The notes: a model not told the origin generated them from the letters alone. A DNA stretch of 64,000 bases from an uncultured Gammaproteobacteria bacterium (GCA_964597575.1 CAZQXB010000001.1:466111-530110), one strand, 5' to 3'. Counted from the first letter of the stretch, positions 18,803 to 28,801 are shown. Program-made: numbers and translations.

Positions 18803-18924
18803 AACAAAACCATCCGCTTCTCCCACTTTTATACCCATGACCTTTATGGATGTAAAAGTGGTGTGCGGATGGACTTTGTTGTAGTGCCAAACGAACACCT
18901 CTACGGCTCAAGTGCATCGTGTTG

Positions 18925-19098
18925 TTACATGTGCACGAGCAGCGTTCGAACTGCTACGATCACGATGCTGATCGTTGCGAATACGATCGCGGGACCCAGG
19001 ATTCCGGGTCGAGTGTTGTTCCTGTACTCGAACGTCTCGAGTTCGTAGTCCGTGGTGGGTTTGGGTTGGGAGTTGTGGTGTTTGTTTTCACCTGCCAT
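18925..19098 (-). CDS. small GC-rich membrane protein (57 aa from the second ATG), probably leaderless
   Basis: C-terminal TM helix (ILGPAIVFATISIVIVAV). A consensus promoter at 19107-19135 places the transcription start at about the ATG at 19098. The track's ATG at 19116 lies inside the promoter spacer. Confidence 0.45.
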   Translation of the reverse strand: MAGENKHHNSQPKPTTDYELETFEYRNNTRPGILGPAIVFATISIVIVAVRTLLVHM

Positions 19099-19106
19099 TG
19101 TGAAAA

Positions 19107-19135
19107 AAGATATCATAAAAAACCGTTTTTGTCAA
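19107..19135 (-). promoter_or_regulatory. sigma70-type promoter TTGACA-N17-TATCTT
   Basis: Minus-strand cTTGACAAAAacggttttttatgaTATCTT; resembles the promoters at 40899, 48412 and 50629. Confidence 0.5.
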
Positions 19136-19186
19136 GAGCTTACACATATAATTTGTCTAAAATAAGGTAAAAAGTAAACATTTTCT

Positions 19187-19657
19187 ATGGCTACAAAATT
19201 AAAGTTTTCTCCCTTTCAAATTGCTGTCCTGCTTGTGTTTCTGGCAGCACTCGCCGTGCTTAAGATTCTTGAATTTCACTTCCCAAAAGCCATTATTGAG
19301 GTAGATGGTCAGCGTTTGGAGGTACTTGTGGCTAAAACCCAAAAACATGCTTTTCGGGGTTTGGGGCGTCGGGATTCCTTGGAACCATACGACGGTATGC
19401 TTTTCGTCTTTCCAGAGCTCCGCCGTCCAGGTATAGTGATGCGAGATATGCGTTTCCCTATTGACATAATTTGGCTAAAGAATGGGGTTATTGTGGATAT
19501 TGCCCCGAATGTCCCGCTTGAGCCAGGAGTAAAAGAAGAGGATTTACGGGTCTATTTCCCTCGAGATACAGCCAATGCCGTACTTGAGATGCCGGCGGGC
19601 GAAGCTATGAAGCGGGGCTTTGCTATAGGAGACACCCTCCAACTTGTAGATAACTAG
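19187..19657 (+). CDS. DUF192 domain protein
   Basis: DGMLFVFP...MRDMRFPIDIIWL pattern typical of DUF192/COG1430; N-terminal TM. Confidence 0.7.
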   Translation: MATKLKFSPFQIAVLLVFLAALAVLKILEFHFPKAIIEVDGQRLEVLVAKTQKHAFRGLGRRDSLEPYDGMLFVFPELRRPGIVMRDMRFPIDIIWLKNGVIVDIAPNVPLEPGVKEEDLRVYFPRDTANAVLEMPAGEAMKRGFAIGDTLQLVDN

Positions 19658-19726
19658 GAGGAATACCCCTTGACGAAGAGGGGAATTACGAGTATACTCT
19701 CCCTACCAGTGTAAAAATCTTCTTTT

Positions 19727-20038
19727 ATGATTGCAGTTATTGAAACAGGCGGCAAACAATATGTTGTTCAAGCCGGCCAAACGATTACGGTTGAGCGTTT
19801 AGACAAAAACGTCGGTGATGTTGTGAGCTTTAAAGTGCTCCTGATTGGAAATGAGGATGGTACTGGCGTAAAAGTCGGTGCTCCTGAGGTGAGTGGTGCT
19901 ATGGTTGCTGGTGAAGTTATCGCCCAGACTCGTGCTCCAAAAATTGACGTGGTGAAATATAAACGCAAAGTTCGCTACACAAAAGTACATGGACATCGCC
20001 AACATCAGAGCCGTGTCAAAATCACTTCCATCAAATAA
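19727..20038 (+). CDS. rplU: 50S ribosomal protein L21
   Basis: MIAVIETGGKQY...KYKRKVRYTKVHGHRQ; 103 aa. Confidence 0.95.
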   Translation: MIAVIETGGKQYVVQAGQTITVERLDKNVGDVVSFKVLLIGNEDGTGVKVGAPEVSGAMVAGEVIAQTRAPKIDVVKYKRKVRYTKVHGHRQHQSRVKITSIK

Positions 20039-20045
20039 GCAGTAT

Positions 20046-20076
20046 AAAAAATTCCCCGTCATGGGGAATTTTTTAT
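20046..20076. terminator. bidirectional rho-independent terminator between rplU and recR
   Basis: aattcccc-gtcat-ggggaatt flanked by A- and T-tracts. Confidence 0.7.
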
Positions 20077-20092
20077 TGGAGAAGTTTTCTCG

Positions 20093-20686
20093 TTAAATTC
20101 TGTGCTTCATGGCACTCGTTAAGGTCATGTCGTCGGCATACTGCAAGTCACTTCCGGTAGGCAAGCCTTTGGCGAGCCGTGACACTTTCACGGGAAGCTT
20201 GGCTGCCTTTATTTTACCTTCAACAAACATCATTGTTGTTTCTCCGGGCAAATTCGGGGAGAGGGCTAAAATAATTTCTGTGGTTTTTTCTTTTTCAATA
20301 CGAGTAAGGAGGGTGTTTATTTCAAGCGCATAGATATGCTCGGGTTCGTCACTCCGAACTGTGCCTCGAAGCACGTGGTATAGCCCTCGGTAGGCGCCGG
20401 TTTTATCGATCGCTTCCATATCCTGAGGCTCCGCAACGACACAAATGGTCGTCGCATCTCGTTTCGTGTCGCGACATCGCTCACAGGGCGATTGGTCAGA
20501 AAAAGTTCGACATCGTTCACAGCTTTTGGCTGTTTCCATGAGGGTTTTGAGTGCCTGCACCAATTCGGCTACATCTTTTTTTCCCGATTTCAACAGATGA
20601 AATACAAAGCGTTCAGCTGTGCGTTTGCCAACTGATGGGAGATGAGAAAATTGCTCGATAAGTTCTTGAATGGGTCGAGAATACAC
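20093..20686 (-). CDS. recR: recombination protein RecR
   Basis: HhH N-terminus, C4 zinc finger (CERCRTFSDQSPCERC) and Toprim domain; 197 aa. Confidence 0.95.
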   Translation of the reverse strand: MYSRPIQELIEQFSHLPSVGKRTAERFVFHLLKSGKKDVAELVQALKTLMETAKSCERCRTFSDQSPCERCRDTKRDATTICVVAEPQDMEAIDKTGAYRGLYHVLRGTVRSDEPEHIYALEINTLLTRIEKEKTTEIILALSPNLPGETTMMFVEGKIKAAKLPVKVSRLAKGLPTGSDLQYADDMTLTSAMKHRI

Positions 20687-20716
20687 AAAACAACAATTCT
20701 CTTTGATTTGAAGTTT

Positions 20717-21016
20717 TTATGAGGTAAGTCCAGGAATGTTTGGCATGCCGCCCATATCTTTCATTTTGGCAGCCATAATGCGCTGTACCTTTTTCAAGGC
20801 TTCAGTATGTGCTTCTTGGATTGATTTTTGAAGTTTTTCTTTTTTGGATACATCTAAAAGGTCAGCGGGGATATCAATACCAGTCATTTCGAGGTTACCA
20901 TTCATGGTCAACTTCACGCCGTTACTTACGGCATCAACGGATTCTGACCCAAGCATATCCTGAATTTTTTTTGCTTGGTCGCGAAGATCTTTGAACTGTT
21001 TGAGCTTTTCGAACAT
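20717..21016 (-). CDS. ybaB: nucleoid-associated protein YbaB/EbfC
   Basis: 99 aa; MFEKLKQFKDLRDQAKKIQDMLG... is the family's typical N-terminus. Confidence 0.9.
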   Translation of the reverse strand: MFEKLKQFKDLRDQAKKIQDMLGSESVDAVSNGVKLTMNGNLEMTGIDIPADLLDVSKKEKLQKSIQEAHTEALKKVQRIMAAKMKDMGGMPNIPGLTS

Positions 21017-21038
21017 AGGAAAAGATTAAGAATTTCTA

Positions 21039-22487
21039 TTAAAATTTTGGCATTGCGGGTGGAGCCGATTTCGCCATAGGCGGTGGTGCCGCAGCAACCC
21101 CGGTATTATAGCGTGAATCGAGGTTCATGTAACTTGCCCGCGCCTCATCGAAGAAGAGTTTTACGACCCCGGTTGGACCATTACGGTGTTTGGCAATATG
21201 AATTTCCCCAATATGCCGCTCATCCGGAGGAATTTCTTCTGGGCGGTAGTTACGGTCGGCTGACTTGCGGTAAATGAACATAACCACGTCAGCATCCTGC
21301 TCGATACTACCAGATTCACGCAAATGTGACAACTTCGGAATAGCGGGTTTGCTTTGCTCAACGGCACGAGCAAGCTGAGAAAGGGCAATCACAGGAATAT
21401 TGAGTTCGCGGGCAATCCCTTTTAAATTACGGCTCATTTCGGCTACTTCCTGTACACGGTTATCGCCTTTACTCGGGCGGTGAGACTCCATGAGCTGCAA
21501 ATAATCAATCACCATAAGTCCAAGCCCGTGTTCGGCTTGAAGACGCCTTGCTTTGGTTCGAATTTGCATGACGTTATTTCCTGGGGTGTCGTCGATAAAA
21601 ATAGGGGCATCGGAGAGGACACCCATGGCTCGGCCAATACGGGGAAAATCATCACTGTTTGGACTGTCCGATAAATTTCCGGTGCGCATTTTCCACAAAT
21701 CGACCCCTGCCTCAGCACAAAGCATACGGTCAACCAGCTGTTCTTTACTCATTTCAAGGGAGAAGATGCCAACCGGCACACGCGCTTTTACTGCTGCATA
21801 TCGTGCGATATCAAGAGCAAAGGATGTTTTTCCAACCGCCGGACGGGCAGCCAAGATGATTAAGTCTGATTTTTGAAATCCCGCTAAGAGTGCGTCCAAA
21901 TCGCGGTAGCCGCTTGGAGTTCCTCGAAGTTTGCCTTTTTCGCGATGAAGTTCGTCGATGCGATCAAAGGCTTCGTGAAGGACGGTTTTAATACCGGTGA
22001 ATGTTTGTTTAAGATGTTTTTGGCTAACGCTATAAATGTGTTGCTGAGCCGTATCGAGAAGTCCAGAAAGATCCTCAGCTTCTTCAAAAGAAAGCTTGGT
22101 AATTTCGTGCGCTGCGGTTTGGAGTTTGCGGAGCGTGGCCTTGTGGCGAATAATTGCCGCATACTGTTTAATATGTGATGCTGTTGGTACGCTATTTGAA
22201 ATCGCGACAAGGTAGGGGCGGCCACCAATAAGGTCAAGCTGTTTTCGTTCATCAAGTCGGCTCGAGACTGTTAAAAGGTCGATGGGTTCATTCTTGCTAT
22301 AGAGCTCTAAAATAATTTGATAAATGAGCCCGTGAGCATTTTTATAGAAATCGCCCTCATCAATTTCGTCAGCCACTTTGAGCATGGCGTCTTTATCAAT
22401 CAAAAGGGAGCCGAGAAGAGACATCTCAGCTTCTAAATTTTGAGGAGGAACGCGCTCGACTTGGCCTAAAGGCATCGACATAAGCAC
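21039..22487 (-). CDS. dnaB: replicative DNA helicase DnaB
   Basis: N-terminal domain (PQNLEAEMSLLGSLL), Walker A GARPAVGKTSFAL, H2-H4 motifs; 482 aa with no intein. Confidence 0.95.
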   Translation of the reverse strand: MLMSMPLGQVERVPPQNLEAEMSLLGSLLIDKDAMLKVADEIDEGDFYKNAHGLIYQIILELYSKNEPIDLLTVSSRLDERKQLDLIGGRPYLVAISNSVPTASHIKQYAAIIRHKATLRKLQTAAHEITKLSFEEAEDLSGLLDTAQQHIYSVSQKHLKQTFTGIKTVLHEAFDRIDELHREKGKLRGTPSGYRDLDALLAGFQKSDLIILAARPAVGKTSFALDIARYAAVKARVPVGIFSLEMSKEQLVDRMLCAEAGVDLWKMRTGNLSDSPNSDDFPRIGRAMGVLSDAPIFIDDTPGNNVMQIRTKARRLQAEHGLGLMVIDYLQLMESHRPSKGDNRVQEVAEMSRNLKGIARELNIPVIALSQLARAVEQSKPAIPKLSHLRESGSIEQDADVVMFIYRKSADRNYRPEEIPPDERHIGEIHIAKHRNGPTGVVKLFFDEARASYMNLDSRYNTGVAAAPPPMAKSAPPAMPKF

Positions 22488-22595
22488 TCATTGATGTGGG
22501 AGTATAATATCCCAGTGCACCATCTCTGACAACCGTAAAAAGGGTACAACATGTGGACGGGGTGGGGATGAGGTTGTATGATATCTCTACACCCT

Positions 22596-23672
22596 ATGAA
22601 TGTCTGTATTATCAACCATCTATTTCCTCCGTATCAAGGCGGCGGCGCTGAAACCGTAGCCCGAGGAGAGGCAATCGCGCGCGAAGAAAAAGGCGACCGT
22701 GTGGTTGTGATTACCATGAAAGCCTTCGGAGATAGTTCGGCCAAAGGAAAAGAGATTATCGGTAATATGACGATTTATCGACTTTCCTCCTTCCCAGGTC
22801 TTTTTTACGGACATCTTGGAAAGTATCAATATTTTCACCGCCGGATTTTTTTTCTTACACGTTTTTTTCCCCTGATTACGCTAGGAAAAGTGTGGATTAT
22901 TTTACGAAAAGAAAAGATAGAAGAGGTGCGTACTCATAATGTAGTTGGAATTTCTTTTACTTTAGGCCGACTACTTACCTGGCTTCACATTCCTTTTATT
23001 CATCGGCTCCATGATATTCAGTTAGTAACCCCAAGTGGCGTTCGAGAAGTTGCACGTACGAAGGATACGCCATTTGAACGGGTATATAGTGCTCTTATGC
23101 GGTGGTGCTATGGGAACCCGAAAGAGGTTGTTTCTCCGTCACGATTTTTACGAGAGTGGTACCGTGAACGAGGATTTTTCAAACAAAGTAGTTTTATTAC
23201 GGAAGAAAATCCACCTATTGTAGTGGTACCTCACGGCGGAAAACGAGTGCGTGGGCGGGTTCTTTTTGTGGGGTCTCTTGAGACACACAAGGGAGTCGAT
23301 GTCCTTATGCGGGCTTGGAATACGTTGCCGAGTGGATGCGGATTTACTCTTCATATTGCGGGCCGTGGAGCGCGTCAAGAAAGTTTGTGTGAATGGGCAA
23401 GTTCAAAACGGAACGTGAGTTTGCTCGGATATCTTTCTGGTGCAGCCCTTCAAAAAGAGTTTGAGGAAGCCTCTGTATTTGTCTTTCCTTCTCTTTGTAT
23501 TGAAAATAGCCCTACTGCTATTCGCGAGGCGCTTGCTTATGGTTTACCGGTCGTTGCGGTAGATACTGGAGGGGTTCGAGAGCTTTTGCATATTGGTTCT
23601 GGGTCACTGTTAGTACCACCTAATGATGCCCATGCTATTGGCCGCTCACTTGTTCAGATTCTTCGGGCGTAG
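22596..23672 (+). CDS. glycosyltransferase family 4 (GT-B)
   Basis: MNVCIINHLFPPYQGGGAE N-terminus; C-terminal LFVGSLETHKGVD...E(x7)E motif region. Confidence 0.8.
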   Translation: MNVCIINHLFPPYQGGGAETVARGEAIAREEKGDRVVVITMKAFGDSSAKGKEIIGNMTIYRLSSFPGLFYGHLGKYQYFHRRIFFLTRFFPLITLGKVWIILRKEKIEEVRTHNVVGISFTLGRLLTWLHIPFIHRLHDIQLVTPSGVREVARTKDTPFERVYSALMRWCYGNPKEVVSPSRFLREWYRERGFFKQSSFITEENPPIVVVPHGGKRVRGRVLFVGSLETHKGVDVLMRAWNTLPSGCGFTLHIAGRGARQESLCEWASSKRNVSLLGYLSGAALQKEFEEASVFVFPSLCIENSPTAIREALAYGLPVVAVDTGGVRELLHIGSGSLLVPPNDAHAIGRSLVQILRA

Positions 23673-25710
23673 AGGGGAGCGTGTATTCGTATATCCACGC
23701 TCGGCCAGGTCCAATATCAAAGAAGTGTTCTGCTTCTTTTTTTGCTGCATCTCGAAGTTCTGCTGCGGGGTACCAATAATTCGTATGGATAAGATATGCT
23801 TTTTTTACTCCAGCAAAACGCATCGCTTCTTCCATCCACTGTCGTTTTGGCTCCTCGTACACCATTTTTCGAAACCACTGATAGAGAGGGCCGCCTGTTG
23901 GAATCGAATAGATGTAGTGTTCGCCTCCGTCAGCTCCCTGGTGGTAGGTCTTGAAAGAGAATTCTCGAAGAGCTGCTGATGCAACGGTTTGGTTTGTAAG
24001 TACAATGTAGTCAGTTGAAGTACCGTTTCTTTGCTGAATAAAATGAACCGCCTCAATATCTGCTTTGCGAACAGCATACCCAGTGTGTTTTGAAATCTGA
24101 TCGCGAGTAGGGTAGGTAAAATACCAAGAGATCATGAGGAGGAACGCGCTGGCTACAGACCAAACGATCTGCCATGTTCGGTTTTGAAGTCTCGGTAAGG
24201 CTTGTTTTTCGAGTATGTCGAGAAAAAATGGGAAAAAAAGCACAAGGGCAACCGCGAGGAGTCGGGAGGCGTAGGCCCCGCGTTCGTAGTTAATGACTCC
24301 TGGAATCGAGAAAGAGGTGAGGATAATGGCAGACAAACAAATATGTGCCCCAATCAGAAAGAGTACCCACATGTTTTTTTGTTTGCGAGAGAAAAAAAAC
24401 GTAATGACGATAATGATATAGGGGAGAAGAAAACGGTAGGCGTAAAGAATTTGCCATACGAGTGGTTTGCCTTCGTACAGCCACCAGTAGGGTGGAGCAA
24501 GAAGAAGGTTAATAAAATCAGGATGCTGAATAATAGAGGTGAATGTTGGCGAAGCGCCGCCAAGGTATCCGTATGCAATGAGAAGCATCGGTGTAACAAG
24601 AAGGAGAGCGAAAGAGGTGCCGAGCGCTAAGATTCTTTTTTGTTTTTCAAAAAGAATATATGTGCTGAATGCAAAAAACCCTGGGATACCGATAAAGGGG
24701 TGGATACTTGTGGCAGCAATAAGTAGTAAAGCGAGAGGAATGTAGGGCTTTTTCTCATTTTGACTCAAGAATAAAAGAAGGCTTGCAAAGAAAACGAAAC
24801 AGAGCGCAAGATTGTTCGGTGTGGTTTGGATAAAGAAACTGAGTGGCCAGAGAGCAAGAAGGGGAAGAAGGGCAGGGGATTTCTTTTGCAGAAGATAAAG
24901 TGTTGGAAGAAAAACAGCAACGATGAGGGGGAGAAATATCTGATGAATGAGAGAGAGGGGGAGGTGCGTAAATAGGTGAATCGGCACAATAAGCATGTAT
25001 TCCCCAATATAGTAAGGCGTCTTTGGAAAGAGTTCGCCAAATTCAAGAATCCACTTCATGGCTGCTTCGTGAACAAAGGGGTCAAAACCAAATCCATAGG
25101 CAAAAATAAGAGCAGCAACGGAAAGTATTCTTGCGAAGAAAACAGAAAGCAGAATCCCTGCATATTTTCTGTGTGCTCGGAACAAAGTGAAAAGAGTGGT
25201 GAGCGTGACCACGAATGCGACAATAAAAAAACGAGGACCAAAGAGCGTCCACGGGGAAATAAGGGTGTCATCAAATCGGCGGGAAAAAATGATTGCCAGA
25301 AGCGCTCCTTCCCCCGCAAGTGCCGGAAGAAGTGGCCAGAGGTTACTCCATGTTGTTTCGTCCCAAAATTTTAGACCACTTTTTTTCTTTGCTGGGATAC
25401 ACAGGGTAAGGAAGGCGGTGATGACAACTGTCGTGGTCAGGGTTATTTTTGAAAAGCCGTTCGCGTAATAGAGAAGGGTCAGAATACTTGAGACCGCCAG
25501 AAGATAAAAACCGCTTCCCAGAAGCATTTGGGAAAATCGAGGGGCTTCTTTAAAAAGCCACTGCCCTACCCGGCCCCCAACAAGAGCGAAAAAGCCAATC
25601 GTAAGAGGAAGTGCTACAACAACCGGGGTCGGATAAAAAAGATTTACGAGAAGTCCGATTGTCGCAAGAGAGAGGAGGATGGTATACTTGTAGAAGTTTG
25701 TCATAGACAT
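23635..25710 (-). CDS. large polytopic membrane protein (about 690 aa, at least 14 TM plus a C-terminal soluble domain); putative GT-C-type glycosyltransferase or polymerase
   Basis: Extreme hydrophobicity and a conserved DPFVHEAAMKW loop motif; start taken at MSMTNFY (25710). No specific family recognised. Confidence 0.5.
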   Translation of the reverse strand: MSMTNFYKYTILLSLATIGLLVNLFYPTPVVVALPLTIGFFALVGGRVGQWLFKEAPRFSQMLLGSGFYLLAVSSILTLLYYANGFSKITLTTTVVITAFLTLCIPAKKKSGLKFWDETTWSNLWPLLPALAGEGALLAIIFSRRFDDTLISPWTLFGPRFFIVAFVVTLTTLFTLFRAHRKYAGILLSVFFARILSVAALIFAYGFGFDPFVHEAAMKWILEFGELFPKTPYYIGEYMLIVPIHLFTHLPLSLIHQIFLPLIVAVFLPTLYLLQKKSPALLPLLALWPLSFFIQTTPNNLALCFVFFASLLLFLSQNEKKPYIPLALLLIAATSIHPFIGIPGFFAFSTYILFEKQKRILALGTSFALLLVTPMLLIAYGYLGGASPTFTSIIQHPDFINLLLAPPYWWLYEGKPLVWQILYAYRFLLPYIIIVITFFFSRKQKNMWVLFLIGAHICLSAIILTSFSIPGVINYERGAYASRLLAVALVLFFPFFLDILEKQALPRLQNRTWQIVWSVASAFLLMISWYFTYPTRDQISKHTGYAVRKADIEAVHFIQQRNGTSTDYIVLTNQTVASAALREFSFKTYHQGADGGEHYIYSIPTGGPLYQWFRKMVYEEPKRQWMEEAMRFAGVKKAYLIHTNYWYPAAELRDAAKKEAEHFFDIGPGRAWIYEYTLPSTPEESEQVSGQ

Positions 25711-25728
25711 CCCTATTCTAACAGACCT

Positions 25729-27960
25729 ATGCGGTGGCAGACAATCCGCACCTTGCTGTACGTTCTTCCTTTCCTTTCCATCGTCGGTTTTTTCTGGCGT
25801 GATTTGGGTCAAGCACCGGCCGTGGTAAGTATCATTTCTTTCATTCTTTTTGTTGGGGTTGTTGGTCGACAGTGGGAACATATTTTTGAGCGAGTCTACG
25901 GACTCCGAGAACGGGACATGTTTCGGAGTATTTTGGCTTGGGGATTTGTAGTTCTCATGCTCGGGTTTGGTGTGGGCGCAGCTGTTATTTTTGGCTCTCT
26001 CAAGCCCGGAATCATGCCCTCCATTGCCCTTAGTATTGCAGTGCTTAGTACTGTGGTGTACACCCTCACAACTCGTACTCTTTCGTCAGTGTCACCACCA
26101 GTATCCATTCGACCCGGAAGTGAGCTTTCTGTCTATCGCGTTCCAAAAATCTGGCTTCTCGTGAGTATTGTCCTCGGTTTGGCTATAGTATGGTTTATGG
26201 TTGACGGGAGGAGTGAAGCGTCTTTTTCCACTCCTTGGCAGATACTCCATTCATACATACCGATTTTGGGTTTTCTTCTCTTTGTTGTTCTTGGTGCCCT
26301 CGTCACCTCAAAAACAAAAATTAGCCGGGTGCTTTTTGGAATTGTTTTCGCCTCGTTTGTACTTCATGCATACGTACCGCTCTCTCATGTGCTGCCTTGG
26401 GGTGGGGATATTTGGCGGCATATGGCGACCGAATCAATTCTCATTGAGGAGAATTCGTATGGGCCAGTTCTTTTTGGTGCTGAAGTTACGTTTAAAGAAG
26501 TGCGTGGAATACTTGTGCCTGAAGTTTTTTTTGCTACTCACAAATTTACCTACGGGCAGTTTTGGGGTCTTTCCGTTTTTCTTCATCGTTTCTTAGGTCT
26601 TGATCTTATTTCCCTCGGCATCTGGCTTGGTCCGCTTCTTTGGAGCTTGCTTGTGCCTTTGCTTTTGTTTCGTATCGGGGCAGTTCTTTTTGGATCTTGG
26701 CGACACGCGCTTCTCCTTGCTGCACTTTCTCTCCTTCCGTTTTCTCTGCAGGCGGTGGGCGGGTTTACGCTTCCGATAACACTCGGATACATTTCATTTT
26801 TGTACGGCCTTCTTTTCTGGGTTACGCGCCAGCGGGACAAGTATACTCCACAAACGGTACTCGCAATCTGTTGGGGTGTGCTTATGACGTGCGGATATGT
26901 TGTTCCAGTCATCTTATGGTGGACCATGGTTTTTGGAACGCTCCTTGTTTCTTTTCTGTTTGCGCCGACAAAATATATTCTCAGTAAAATAGGAAAAGGT
27001 TTCCTTCTTGGTCTTGGGGTTGCGTTTTCTTTGTGTCTTTTTCCACTCCTCGAAATTGTTTTAGGTTTATCCGCATTTCCTACGCAGGTTGCCTGGCGCG
27101 ATCTTATATTCCGAATCGTGGGGGAGTGGAGTGGATTCTACTATGCTGATCTTATTCGTCCTCACGACATCCTTTCTGGAAATGTGTTATTTAATCATAC
27201 ACCTCTCGAAGCCTTTGTAGATTCACCTTTTACTCGAGTGCGATGGCATGTTGTTTTTCTTTCCTTAGGGTTTCTTCTTCTTTCGCTCATTGGTTTTTGG
27301 CGAGCGACGGCTCTTCGTGTTAAGCAATGGATACCACTTTTGGTTCTGGGGCTGACCATGGTTGGAGGGTATACGATCAGCTGGTATGGTCTTTTGGGTG
27401 AGCATAGTTTTGTTCGTCGATTTGACCCGATGCTTGCCATACTTCTCCTTTGTTTTGCCATTGCCGGAGGCATAGTTGTTTTTCGAAATATGAATCCGTC
27501 TTTAAAAACTCTGCTTATTCCCATGAGCATTTTGTTTTTGGCTTTTTCGACCGTTACTATTTGGATGAGTGGCCCAGATACCCGTGTTCTCAGTGTTTCC
27601 GCAGTCGAGGCTGCTTTTGAAGTAGCGGAAACAAACCCTTCGTGTGTGCTGTCCGACACATGGGAGCTCTTACCACTTGAGTATGCGCTTCAAGGGAGTT
27701 TGATTGGGGGAGGGTTTCCGATTACGCACTTATTTGGGCAGTCAGAACGCACCGAGCTTTATGCGGAATTCGTAAGTACAAGTACACCGAGCATGGTCTA
27801 CGAAAAAGTGAGGCAGGTGTTACAGCAAGAGCACTGCGCAATTTTTGTGCCAAAAGAAAAAATGCGACCTGAGGCCATTGCTGATGTGGCGAGAAATTTG
27901 GGTCAGCCACAAGAAGTGGGGTCGTATTTACTGTGGCTTGCGCCACCGAGGCAGCTGTAG
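25729..27960 (+). CDS. large polytopic membrane protein (about 744 aa); paralog-like partner of the divergent upstream gene
   Basis: Start MRWQTIRTLLYVLPFL at 25729; many TM helices; GDIWRHMATE loop motif analogous to the neighbouring gene's. Confidence 0.5.
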   Translation: MRWQTIRTLLYVLPFLSIVGFFWRDLGQAPAVVSIISFILFVGVVGRQWEHIFERVYGLRERDMFRSILAWGFVVLMLGFGVGAAVIFGSLKPGIMPSIALSIAVLSTVVYTLTTRTLSSVSPPVSIRPGSELSVYRVPKIWLLVSIVLGLAIVWFMVDGRSEASFSTPWQILHSYIPILGFLLFVVLGALVTSKTKISRVLFGIVFASFVLHAYVPLSHVLPWGGDIWRHMATESILIEENSYGPVLFGAEVTFKEVRGILVPEVFFATHKFTYGQFWGLSVFLHRFLGLDLISLGIWLGPLLWSLLVPLLLFRIGAVLFGSWRHALLLAALSLLPFSLQAVGGFTLPITLGYISFLYGLLFWVTRQRDKYTPQTVLAICWGVLMTCGYVVPVILWWTMVFGTLLVSFLFAPTKYILSKIGKGFLLGLGVAFSLCLFPLLEIVLGLSAFPTQVAWRDLIFRIVGEWSGFYYADLIRPHDILSGNVLFNHTPLEAFVDSPFTRVRWHVVFLSLGFLLLSLIGFWRATALRVKQWIPLLVLGLTMVGGYTISWYGLLGEHSFVRRFDPMLAILLLCFAIAGGIVVFRNMNPSLKTLLIPMSILFLAFSTVTIWMSGPDTRVLSVSAVEAAFEVAETNPSCVLSDTWELLPLEYALQGSLIGGGFPITHLFGQSERTELYAEFVSTSTPSMVYEKVRQVLQQEHCAIFVPKEKMRPEAIADVARNLGQPQEVGSYLLWLAPPRQL

Positions 27961-27980
27961 TATGCTTCTCGTATTACCGT

Positions 27981-28385
27981 ATGTCTGAGACTCTTTTCTC
28001 CAAAATTATTCGCCGTGAAATTCCTGCTCATGTAGTTTACGAGGACGCGGCGGCCATAGCATTTCTTGATATTCACCCCATTGCCAAAGGGCATACTCTT
28101 GTCGTTCCAAAAGAACCTGCGGCCACCATTTTTGACTTAAGTGGAGAGGCATTTCTCGGGCTTATGAAGGCGGTAAGAGCGACTACTGAGCGTCTTCAGA
28201 CGGTTCTTACGCCTGATGGTTTTACGATTGGGTGGAATCATGGTGAGGCTGGTGGCCAGGCCATTCCTCATGTGCATGTTCATATTTTGCCGCGGTGGCA
28301 TGGGGACGGAGGAAAAAGTATGCATGCGGTGGTTGATGCCCCCGGTGAAGAACCGCCCGAGGAACTTATTAAACGTTTTGCCTAA
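27981..28385 (+). CDS. HIT family protein (histidine triad hydrolase)
   Basis: IIRREIPAHVVYEDAAAIAFLDIHPIAKGHTLVVPK...HVHVHILPR. Confidence 0.85.
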   Translation: MSETLFSKIIRREIPAHVVYEDAAAIAFLDIHPIAKGHTLVVPKEPAATIFDLSGEAFLGLMKAVRATTERLQTVLTPDGFTIGWNHGEAGGQAIPHVHVHILPRWHGDGGKSMHAVVDAPGEEPPEELIKRFA

Positions 28386-28395
28386 AAAATTTGCT

Positions 28396-28800
28396 ATGGC
28401 CCCGCGAGATTTCATTGAACGTTTTGTCCTTCTCAAAGATTCTTCTCGCCCTGGCCGTATTCTTGAAACTGCTAAAGTAGGGGATGTGTATGTAACCCGT
28501 GTCACTATTCGTCCAGGCCGGGTGACCGGAAATATTTTTCATAAAAAAACCAGTTTTATTCAATTTGTGACATCTGGAAAAGTTGAGTTTACGGTAAAGC
28601 AAATGAAAACGGGCGAAGAGTCGACGATTAGTATGACCCCGGAGAGCGGTATCGTGCATGTTCCGCCGAACGTGGCGGTAGCCACCAAGAATGTTTCAAA
28701 AAAATCAGCAGTGGTTGTGTATTTTTCAAATCGACAGTTTCGCTCCGGAGACGATTACCCTCATGTTCTTGTTGAGAAAGCTCATAAAGATAAAGAGTAA
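28396..28800 (+). CDS. cupin-domain protein, WxcM/FdtA-like sugar-nucleotide isomerase candidate
   Basis: 134-aa single-cupin barrel placed between the HIT and rfbB genes; motif match is weak. Confidence 0.4.
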   Translation: MAPRDFIERFVLLKDSSRPGRILETAKVGDVYVTRVTIRPGRVTGNIFHKKTSFIQFVTSGKVEFTVKQMKTGEESTISMTPESGIVHVPPNVAVATKNVSKKSAVVVYFSNRQFRSGDDYPHVLVEKAHKDKE

Positions 28801-28801
28801 T

